From contig JBDRHA010000008.1 in the NCBI GenBank assembly GCA_043817235.1, positions 112-64,111 of the forward strand: a stretch of 64,000 bases of DNA, in the 5' to 3' direction. Origin of the DNA: Candidatus Shapirobacteria bacterium. GTDB lineage: Bacteria; Patescibacteriota; Microgenomatia; UBA12405; BS750m-G30. The notes under the pieces were generated by a model. That model was not told the origin of the DNA. It did not search any database and saw only the letters and a program-made list of their open reading frames with translations. Positions 1 through 7,140 of this stretch are shown in pieces. The first letter of the stretch is position 1. Every line of letters begins with the position of its first letter. The position numbers and the translations under genes were made by a program.

Positions 1-27
1 AAAATACCAAGTTTATCTAATTTTATT

Positions 28-876
28 ATGAAAGCAACCCAACTATACCAACATCTTGAGAAAGATTTTATCACTCCTGAAATGAGTGATGAATGGGCAC
101 AGTATATGGATTCTGTTGCCGATTTTCTTAGTGATAACTTTAAGAAAAGATCCATAGGATTAGTTTGCGATTTTACAACAGAAATCAATAAAGTATATAC
201 TGCTGTTTTTCCATCAAGAGAAGTTATGCAAAAAATCTTAGATGATGGAACTCAAGATGCTATGCTTTTTGTTCATCACCCATCGATATGGGATATTAGG
301 AAAGCTCCAGAAGTTTTTCAGCAAATGAATAGAGATTTATTGCAACAATTCAAAGATAGAAGAATATCCATTTATAACCTTCATGTTCCTTTGGATAATT
401 TTGGCGAATACTCGACAAGCGTATCATTTGCAAATGCACTTGGAATAAAGCCTCAAAAATCATTTGCACCATATTTTGGAGCTTTAGCCGGTGTGTTTGG
501 AAAAACAGATTTAACAACAATTCAAGAATTAAGAAAAGTCTTTGAAAAATCTGTAGGACACAAGGTTAGTTTATATAACTATGGCAATAATAAAATCAAG
601 GATGGAATTGTTGCGGTTGTAGCCGGTGGCGGATTAGATGAAACAATAGAGGAGATTGCTCAAAATAAGGTGAATACATTCATCACAGGAATCTCAGTAA
701 AAAACGACCACTCAAGAAAAGCACATGATTTTGCAGAGAAACATAAAATAAATATTCTAGGAGGAACACATTACTCAACGGAAAAATTTGCTTGTATTAA
801 AATATGCGAATATTTTAATAAATTTGGGTTGCCTTCTGAATTTCTTGAAGATAAACCTGTAATGGAGGATGAATAA
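28..876 (+). CDS. Nif3-family (YqfO/YbgI-like) dinuclear-metal protein
   Basis: 282-aa ORF; LFVHHPSIWD segment and glycine-rich AVVAGGG region typical of NIF3 proteins; TAA stop. Confidence 0.6.
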   Translation: MKATQLYQHLEKDFITPEMSDEWAQYMDSVADFLSDNFKKRSIGLVCDFTTEINKVYTAVFPSREVMQKILDDGTQDAMLFVHHPSIWDIRKAPEVFQQMNRDLLQQFKDRRISIYNLHVPLDNFGEYSTSVSFANALGIKPQKSFAPYFGALAGVFGKTDLTTIQELRKVFEKSVGHKVSLYNYGNNKIKDGIVAVVAGGGLDETIEEIAQNKVNTFITGISVKNDHSRKAHDFAEKHKINILGGTHYSTEKFACIKICEYFNKFGLPSEFLEDKPVMEDE

Positions 877-881
877 AATTT

Positions 882-1057
882 GCCACTTAGCGACTTTCTC
901 CCTTCGGTCGAACCACGCTGCGCTCTCCTCCTTTCAGTCGTCGGGGCGTATAACAAGGGATATACAGTTCAGCCCTCAGCTCGGGCTTCACCCAAATTTT
1001 TCTTCCACTTCGTTCCAGAAAAACTTCGTATATCCCTAACGTTATACGAAATCGTTG
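882..1057. repeat. Intergenic palindromic repeat element, copy 1 (family shared with 3390-3538 and 1393-1450)
   Basis: Internal inverted repeat cgtataacaagggatatacag / cgtatatccctaacgttatacg around a ~60-nt loop; shares tcgtcggNNcgtataaca, aacgtta and gataaaatt blocks with copy 2; flanked by 9-nt ataaaattt direct repeats. Confidence 0.4.
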
Positions 1058-1071
1058 ATAAAATTTAATCA

Positions 1072-1392
1072 ATGGAAAAACTAAGATTTTCAGATCCGTT
1101 GCCTAATTTGGTTTTGGAAGGTTCGAAGAACACGACCTGGAGAATGGATGATGAGAAGAATATCGAAGTTGGTGACTTATTGTCTTTTTGTCGTGTCAAC
1201 GGAGAAGAATTTGCGAAAGCGGAGCTTTTTGGAGTGAAAGAAACGACTTTTGGGCAATTGACGGAAGAAGACAAGAGTGGCCATGAGCCATTTTCGAGTG
1301 ACCGGGAAATGTATGAGACTTGCTCTGGGTATTATGAAAAAAAGGTGACGCCCAAAACCAAATTAAAAGTAATTAAATTTAGACTTATTTAA
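1072..1392 (+). CDS. ASCH-domain protein
   Basis: 106-aa ORF; size and hydrophobic/charged pattern of ASCH (ASC-1 homology) RNA-binding-like domain. Confidence 0.5.
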   Translation: MEKLRFSDPLPNLVLEGSKNTTWRMDDEKNIEVGDLLSFCRVNGEEFAKAELFGVKETTFGQLTEEDKSGHEPFSSDREMYETCSGYYEKKVTPKTKLKVIKFRLI

Positions 1393-1496
1393 TTCGATCA
1401 ACGACATCGCATAACACGGGCTATGCGGCAAATTAAAGTAAATTTTCCCAAATTAGCTGATTTTTCTTTTTTTACTCCATGTGCTAGAATCTAACC

Positions 1497-1790
1497 ATGA
1501 CAACCCAAGATATTAGTTCGAAGATTGTTCCTGTTTTAAAGTCCCAAGGAGTGCTCAAGGCGGCTCTTTTTGGTTCGGTGGCTAGGGGCGAATCGAAAAA
1601 GGGTAGCGACGTTGATTTATTGGTTGACCTTGCTAATGACAAAAATTTACTTGATTTAGTAGGCCTTAAGCTTGAACTGGAGGATGTTTTAAAAACAAAA
1701 GTTGATGTGTTGACCTATGATGCCATTTATCCCCCTCTTAAAGATATCATTTTAAATGAACAGCAGGTTATTTATGAAAAAAGATCCTAA
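1497..1790 (+). CDS. mntA: MntA-like nucleotidyltransferase (antitoxin of HepT/MntA pair)
   Basis: 97-aa ORF with GSVARGESKKGSDVDLLVD minimal nucleotidyltransferase motif (GS...DxD). Confidence 0.7.
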   Translation: MTTQDISSKIVPVLKSQGVLKAALFGSVARGESKKGSDVDLLVDLANDKNLLDLVGLKLELEDVLKTKVDVLTYDAIYPPLKDIILNEQQVIYEKRS

Positions 1791-2118
1791 AATTTTTCTT
1801 AATCATATTTTGGAAAGCATTGAAGAAATTGAAAAAAATGTGCAGCAACTTAAGGAAGATGACTTTTTGGTTAACACGACCATCTAAGATGCGGTTATTA
1901 GAAGACTGGAGATAATCGGGGAGGCAACAAAAAATTTACCCAAGTCTTTTAAAAGCAAACACCCAGGTATTGAGTGGAGAAAAATCGCCGGACTAAGAGA
2001 CGTAATTGTTCATGGCTACTTTCGTCTTAGTTTGAAATTAGTTTGGAAGATAACTCAAAATACGAAATTTCTAATTCTCCTCTTAGATAGAAAAGGGCTT
2101 GACTTTAGAATAATATGA
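1774..2118 (+). pseudogene. hepT: HepT-like HEPN toxin (DUF86) interrupted by an in-frame TAA at 1885-1887
   Basis: Frame overlaps mntA by 17 nt; translation MKKDPKIFLNHILESIEEIEKNVQQLKEDDFLVNTTI*DAVIRRLEIIGEATKNL...RDVIVHGYF with HEPN Rx4-6H motif; single nonsense codon, remainder of frame open to TGA at 2116-2118. Confidence 0.65.
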
Positions 2119-2169
2119 AGGGGCAAATAAATAGAAATTCTTTTAAATCTCTTAATTTACTTTAACTAT

Positions 2170-2631
2170 ATGGAACAAGATTTAAAACAATTGTTAGAAG
2201 ATTGGCAGGCAATGCGTCAATTAACGCTTGATTTATTAGATGAACTTCCAGAAGAACATCTCTCTTTTGCTGTTGGCAAAAATATGGGAACTATTGGAAA
2301 ACAATACCGCCATATTGGAGATGTTCAAATCTGCTATAGTAATGCAATTAAAACAGGCAAAATTAGTTTTAGCGATTATAAAAGAGATTATTCTCTTGAA
2401 AATTCAAAAGAGAAATTGAAAGATTTTTTGCAAGGAGTAAATGAAGAAATGCTAAAACAAATTGAAGAAAATCCTAATGCCAAAATAGATTGGCTTGGAG
2501 AATCTTTAGATTTAAGTCAGCATCTCAAGGCATTAATTGAGCATGAAATTCTTCATCATGGCGAATTAGTAGTTTATGTAAGAACATTAGGTATAAAATT
2601 TCCTAAAAGTTGGGAACTATGGGGACTATAA
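2170..2631 (+). CDS. DinB/YfiT-like (DinB_2 superfamily) putative metal-dependent hydrolase
   Basis: 153 aa; HIGD and HEILHHGEL histidine motifs characteristic of the four-helix DinB/YfiT fold. Confidence 0.55.
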   Translation: MEQDLKQLLEDWQAMRQLTLDLLDELPEEHLSFAVGKNMGTIGKQYRHIGDVQICYSNAIKTGKISFSDYKRDYSLENSKEKLKDFLQGVNEEMLKQIEENPNAKIDWLGESLDLSQHLKALIEHEILHHGELVVYVRTLGIKFPKSWELWGL

Positions 2632-3335
2632 ATATAATTGAGGAAATTCGCCAAGAGATTAAAAGATTGGTAAGAAATCCAGATAATGTTAAAGATTATT
2701 CTCGTTTTCACAAAGACGGAAAGAAACATATTGGTTTAGCATCCAACATTACGAGAAAACTGTATGCTGAAAAATTTAAGCAAGTAAAACATTTAGACAA
2801 AAAAGAAATTTTTGATCTTTGTGAAAAACTACTGGAATGTGGGGGCGGTTCTTGTCGCGGAATGGCATTTGATTGGGCTTTCAAAATTAGAAAACAATAC
2901 GCCAAAGAAGATTTTACAATTTTTGAAAAATGGCTGGATAAATATGTTGATACTTGGGGAAGCTGTGATGATTTTTGTACTCATGCTCTTGGTTATCATC
3001 TTTTTGTTTTCCCCGAATCAATTCCAAAAATTCACCAATGGACAAAATCAAAAAACAAATGGAAAAGAAGAGCTTCCGCTGTGATTTTTATTTATCCAGC
3101 AAGAAAAAACAAATATTTAGATGAAGTTCTTAAAATTGCAAAATCCTTATTTTTAGACGAGGAAGATTTAGTTCAAAAAGCGTATGGTTGGATGCTAAAA
3201 GAAGCATCAAATACCAATCAAAAAATGATAGTTGATTTTGTAATGAAACATAAATCAAGCATGCCAAGAACCGCATTAAGATATGCTATTGAAAAAATGC
3301 CTGCCAATCTTAAGAAACAAGCAATGATAAAATAG
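2610..3335 (+). CDS. DNA alkylation repair protein (AlkD-like HEAT-repeat glycosylase family)
   Basis: 241 aa; YAEKFKQ, WLDKYVDTWGSCDDF, KAYGWMLKE blocks resemble the DNA_alkylation repair domain; start may be a downstream ATG. Confidence 0.65.
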   Translation: MGTMGTINIIEEIRQEIKRLVRNPDNVKDYSRFHKDGKKHIGLASNITRKLYAEKFKQVKHLDKKEIFDLCEKLLECGGGSCRGMAFDWAFKIRKQYAKEDFTIFEKWLDKYVDTWGSCDDFCTHALGYHLFVFPESIPKIHQWTKSKNKWKRRASAVIFIYPARKNKYLDEVLKIAKSLFLDEEDLVQKAYGWMLKEASNTNQKMIVDFVMKHKSSMPRTALRYAIEKMPANLKKQAMIK

Positions 3336-3389
3336 AAAAAGCTAAGCCCTTTAAGATTTGATGATAACGGAGAATTAGAAACTCAAGCC

Positions 3390-3538
3390 ACATTGCATTC
3401 TTTTCACTTCATTCGTCGGATCGTATAACACAGTATATGCGGTTCCCCCCGCCGAGGAAGGTTCACCCATATCCCGTCGAAATTTGATAAAATTAACATG
3501 GTGTCGACGGGACATCAGATATACGCAAACGTTAGGCA
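3390..3538. repeat. Intergenic palindromic repeat element, copy 2
   Basis: 149 bp bounded by 11-nt direct repeats aaactcaagcc (3379-3389 and 3539-3549); shares sequence blocks with 882-1057. Confidence 0.4.
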
Positions 3539-3590
3539 AAACTCAAGCCTGAATTATTGTATAATTTATCTAGTTTGACAAATTAATACT

Positions 3591-4088
3591 ATGAATACAT
3601 ATAAAAACTATATTTTAATCAGTACCATGCTTATAGTCCTTGCCGTTGGAGTTTTTTATATTTTTCAAAACCTAAATCAAGGAAAAAAAATACTTGAAGT
3701 GCAGTTGGAAGTGTCAGCACCATTTTCGACGGCAACACTTTTAGCGAGCAGCCAAGGCACTATTAGTTATGAAGCAGAGGCTCCAAGAGTAAACGTCGAA
3801 AAACAAGTTGATTCAGAAAAGATAGCAGAGGAGCAATTTGAAGAGCTTGTTGATTTGATTATTCAAAATAATTTCTGGTCATTTAATGAAGAATATTTTG
3901 AAGATAATTTAATGGATGCTACCACTTACACGCTAAGCGTCAAATCAGTTTCTAATTGCCAGCCTGAATTAGCTGATGCTAGAGTTTATTCAGTAAGTTG
4001 TTACGGAGATTGCCCTGAAAAAATTATTGAAATTATTAACAATATTAAAGATTTGTGGGGTAAAGAAATATTACAAGTGGGAATATAA
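3591..4088 (+). CDS. Hypothetical N-terminally membrane-anchored protein
   Basis: 165-aa ORF with one N-terminal TM helix, acidic soluble domain with Cys pair; no recognisable family. Confidence 0.35.
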   Translation: MNTYKNYILISTMLIVLAVGVFYIFQNLNQGKKILEVQLEVSAPFSTATLLASSQGTISYEAEAPRVNVEKQVDSEKIAEEQFEELVDLIIQNNFWSFNEEYFEDNLMDATTYTLSVKSVSNCQPELADARVYSVSCYGDCPEKIIEIINNIKDLWGKEILQVGI

Positions 4089-4104
4089 CGATGGGTTTGT
4101 AACC

Positions 4105-4422
4105 ATGTTGCTTCCGTCTCATATTTTATCAAGCGTATTTATTTTAAGAACTTTATCAGTTTCATCTCTGTCCATCATGTACAATTTTGAAACTATAACT
4201 CTCTCAATCGCCTTTCAGATGCTTCCAGATCTAGATATTTTCTGGGCTAAAAAGCTTAATTCCCACCACGTTACTTATTTTCATTCTCCGCTTTTTTGGG
4301 TTACTACTTTCATAGTTTTTTATATTATTAATTCTATATTCAACTTATTCGGAAATTGGCTCCTCTATTTATATATTGTTCAAATAATCTTGCATTTATT
4401 TTTTGACTTTACCACTGGTTGA
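4105..4422 (+). CDS. DUF457/YdjM-like membrane-bound metal-dependent hydrolase (possible internal TGA, see findings)
   Basis: Start moved to internal Met after overlap with upstream ORF; multi-TM with LPDLDIF...H...HSPLFW motifs reminiscent of YdjM family; frame stays open past the TGA at 4420-4422. Confidence 0.3.
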   Translation: MLLPSHILSSVFILRTLSVSSLSIMYNFETITLSIAFQMLPDLDIFWAKKLNSHHVTYFHSPLFWVTTFIVFYIINSIFNLFGNWLLYLYIVQIILHLFFDFTTG

Positions 4423-4547
4423 ACTGCCGGTATCCCGCTTTTTTATCCGTTTGCGAAAAAAGAATTTAGTTTTTTACCACTAAACAAAATGCAAGGCGAC
4501 TTTCACCTTTTTGGGCAGCAATATCGGAATAAATCTCAGGCCTCATT

Positions 4548-4624
4548 TGGTGTCCCCGGAGAGAGTCGAACTCCCGACCTTTCGCTTAGAAGGCGAACGC
4601 TCTATCCGCCTGAGCTACGGGGAC
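4548..4624 (-). tRNA. tRNA-Arg (anticodon TCT), CCA encoded
   Basis: Reverse complement folds as cloverleaf: acceptor gtccccg/cggggac, anticodon stem ttcgc/gcgaa, loop cttctaa, T-loop ttcgact; 77 nt. Confidence 0.85.
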
Positions 4625-4699
4625 TCATGTATATTTTATCAAAACGGGAAAGAACTCCCGACCTAAAGAAACTTTTCACTTATATTTTTTAACTGATTT

Positions 4700-4775
4700 T
4701 GGGGTGGCTGAGGGGATTTGAACCCCCAACTTTCCGCTCCACAAGCGGACGCTCTGCCGTTGAGCTACAGCCACC
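4700..4775 (-). tRNA. tRNA-His (anticodon GTG) with encoded G-1 and discriminator C, CCA encoded
   Basis: Reverse complement g-gtggctg...tccgc-ttgtgga-gcgga...ggggg-ttcaaat-cccct-cagccac-c-cca. Confidence 0.85.
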
Positions 4776-4789
4776 ATATAATTACTTTG

Positions 4790-4863
4790 TCGGAGCGGCG
4801 GGACTTGAACCCGCGACCTCTGCGTCCCAAACGCAGCGCGCTAATCCACTGCGCCACGCTCCG
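4790..4863 (-). tRNA. tRNA-Pro (anticodon TGG), no encoded CCA
   Basis: Reverse complement: acceptor cggagcg/cgctccg, anticodon stem ctgcg/cgcag with loop tttggga, T-arm gcggg-ttcaagt-cccgc. Confidence 0.8.
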
Positions 4864-4883
4864 ATATACCACGTTGTCTCCCG

Positions 4884-4972
4884 TGGTGCCGAAGGTGGGA
4901 TTTGAACCCACACGAACGATAATGTCCACACGCTCCTGAAGCGTGCCTGTCTGCCAATTTCAGCACTTCGGC
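4884..4972 (-). tRNA. tRNA-Leu (anticodon CAG), type II with long variable arm, CCA encoded
   Basis: Reverse complement: acceptor gccgaag/cttcggc, anticodon stem cacgc/gcgtg with loop ttcagga, 17-nt variable arm, T-arm gtggg-ttcaaat-cccac; 89 nt. Confidence 0.8.
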
Positions 4973-5138
4973 TAAATTCTTGTCATTGCGAGTCCCTCGA
5001 CGTCACGTCGGGGGGCGCGGCAATCTCGAACGGGATTGCATTCCGTCTGGGATTGCTTCACTGCGTTCGCAATGACAAAGCAGATTGTCACTCACAGTGA
5101 CATGAACTATTATATCTAATTTAGGCGCTGACCTAAAG

Positions 5139-6494
5139 TCAATTAAGCTCTATGGCATTTGGCCGACAGATTTGGTAGGTAGTGGGGTGAAAAAGAAAGA
5201 TTGCCGGCAACTCTTCCAGCAAATATCTTTGAAAGTCGTGATAAATATTTTTCCGCTCGTCTTTGTTTAGGGTTGCTCGCCCATCTTCCAAAAGTTTATC
5301 TATTCTGGGGTTGCTAAAGCCGGTAATATTGCCGGCTTCATTGCTATGCCAAAATGGATATTGGTCGGGATCTGAAGGAATTAAGCCGTAACCCAGAATA
5401 ATATCAAAGTTTTCTTTATCAGAAATATAAGGAGAAATAAGTAAATTAACTTTTATCCCCAGCTCTTTTTCCCAATTATCTTTAATTTTTTCGGCCCAGT
5501 CGGCCAAATCATAAGTGGTGGTTACCTGAAGCTCCAAGCTGGTTAGTTCTAGTTCTTTTAGCAAAGTTCTTGCCCGGTCAGGGTCAAAAGGATAGGTTTT
5601 TACGTTTGGATTATAAGCCCACGATAAGGGAGAAATTGGGCCAAAGGCCCTTGCTCCCTCTTCCGGCTTTTGAAAAGCATAGGCCAAGGCTTGCCGGACG
5701 CTTTTATCGGAAAAAGGCTCTTTTCGGGTGTTAAAAAATAAAGCCACGTAGCGAGAAGCACTTTCTTTGACAGGAGTAATCCGCAAATTTTCCCAGCTTC
5801 TTAGGAGCTCTATGGAGTCTAGATCGCGAACACAGTCAACCTCTCCCAGTTTAAAGGCGGCAACGAGGCTTTCTTGATCAGGATAAAAACGAAAAGTAAT
5901 TTTTTTGGGGTCCAGTCCGTGCCGGCTCGCTTTTAGAGAAAGATAAGAAATATAGCCGGCACTGGAAAATACTTTTTCAATTTGGTAGTCGCCCAATCCG
6001 ATTAACCCCTTTTTGAGAAGGGGGTTGGCTACTAGGCTAGGTAAGGGCGAAAATGGTTTTTCAATGCTAACTAAAATGGAATAGCCGTCTGGATATTCAA
6101 CGCTAGCCGCTTCAATATCCAGCTGAATATCTTTGCTAAGAAGAGGTGAACCGTCTTGCCAATGAAGAAGAGGATCAAGGTGAAAGAGATACTGTTTTCC
6201 TTGCTCCTTTACTTCCCAAGAGAGAGCTGCTCCTTTTTGGGGAGTGTTATTGGTGGAAAGTTTTGTTAGGCCAAAGGATGTTAGTTCGGCGACTTCCTTG
6301 GGAAGGCGCCCGATTCTGTATTTCCCTAATATGCCCACTGAAACCTGCGAAGGCAAAAAATTTCTTAACAAGGCCTCAAGCTGGCTTCGCAATAAAAAGA
6401 AGCCAATTCCCAAAAAGATTCCTACTCCAAAAATAAATAAATTTCTTTGAAGGAAAATAACAGCGATCTTTGTTTTTCGGAAAACAAAAAACAT
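5139..6494 (-). CDS. ABC transporter substrate-binding protein, family 5 (OppA/DppA-like)
   Basis: 451 aa; N-terminal TM/signal anchor; internal blocks (FGPISPLSWAYNPNV, PFDPDRARTLLKE) typical of SBP_bac_5. Confidence 0.65.
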   Translation of the reverse strand: MFFVFRKTKIAVIFLQRNLFIFGVGIFLGIGFFLLRSQLEALLRNFLPSQVSVGILGKYRIGRLPKEVAELTSFGLTKLSTNNTPQKGAALSWEVKEQGKQYLFHLDPLLHWQDGSPLLSKDIQLDIEAASVEYPDGYSILVSIEKPFSPLPSLVANPLLKKGLIGLGDYQIEKVFSSAGYISYLSLKASRHGLDPKKITFRFYPDQESLVAAFKLGEVDCVRDLDSIELLRSWENLRITPVKESASRYVALFFNTRKEPFSDKSVRQALAYAFQKPEEGARAFGPISPLSWAYNPNVKTYPFDPDRARTLLKELELTSLELQVTTTYDLADWAEKIKDNWEKELGIKVNLLISPYISDKENFDIILGYGLIPSDPDQYPFWHSNEAGNITGFSNPRIDKLLEDGRATLNKDERKNIYHDFQRYLLEELPAIFLFHPTTYQICRPNAIELN

Positions 6495-6497
6495 TTT

Positions 6498-6713
6498 TTA
6501 GTGGTTTTCTACCATTAATCTCAAGAAGGAGACAACGATGAAGCCAAAAATGCAAAACAAGGTGAGGTTAAAGGTAATTTTTTCCCAGCCGCGTCTTACA
6601 ATCTGAGGGGCAAAGAAGGACCGCTGGCTTCCCTGCTCATCTGCCGGTTGCTGCAAAATAATAAGGATAATGGTGCCAAGGGCTAAAATAATTTGGAGCC
6701 AAACGAGAATCAT
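6498..6713 (-). CDS. secG: Probable preprotein translocase subunit SecG
   Basis: 71 aa, two TM helices separated by Gly/Ser/Gln-rich loop (ILQQPADEQGSQRSFF), the typical SecG layout. Confidence 0.45.
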   Translation of the reverse strand: MILVWLQIILALGTIILIILQQPADEQGSQRSFFAPQIVRRGWEKITFNLTLFCIFGFIVVSFLRLMVENH

Positions 6714-7114
6714 TTTTTAATAATCCAACGAATAATGATAAGAACAAGATCTAAAATGAAAGAAAGCAAGACATAGGTGCCAAATAGAGAAAGATTAACA
6801 GGCGAAATGCTAAAACCATTGCTGGAGTAGCCCGCAAAATGAAAATTAGCGATTTGGAAACCCTCTACCAGATAAACCGCTAAAATTAAACCGGCAACAT
6901 TGATCACCCAGCGAAGCAAGCCAAGAGTTAATAAGTTTATTGGAAGAAGCAGCAGTTTGAGCAGAGGTTTTAAAAAAAGGGAAAAAATAGTTAAGACAAG
7001 GGTAGATAAAAACCAGGCTCTTAAGCCTGTGCTAAAATCAAGAGCACCAGTAAGCCAGGCAATGGCTTGAAGAGCAATAAGGTGAATAAACCACTCCCGA
7101 ATTATTTTTTTCAC
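6710..7114 (-). CDS. Four-TM small membrane protein (DUF360/phage-holin-4-like)
   Basis: 134 aa, four predicted TM segments; resembles the YvlD/holin-4 superfamily by size and topology only. Confidence 0.3.
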   Translation of the reverse strand: MKKIIREWFIHLIALQAIAWLTGALDFSTGLRAWFLSTLVLTIFSLFLKPLLKLLLLPINLLTLGLLRWVINVAGLILAVYLVEGFQIANFHFAGYSSNGFSISPVNLSLFGTYVLLSFILDLVLIIIRWIIKK

Positions 7115-7140
7115 TTCTTTTAAGATTAGAGTAACAAAAA

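Noticed and set aside
4489-4939. Three listed ORFs (4489-4692, 4699-4905, 4718-4939) on the plus strand
   Set aside because: They are antisense translations of the tRNA-Arg/His/Pro/Leu cluster (GC-rich, stop-poor), not proteins.
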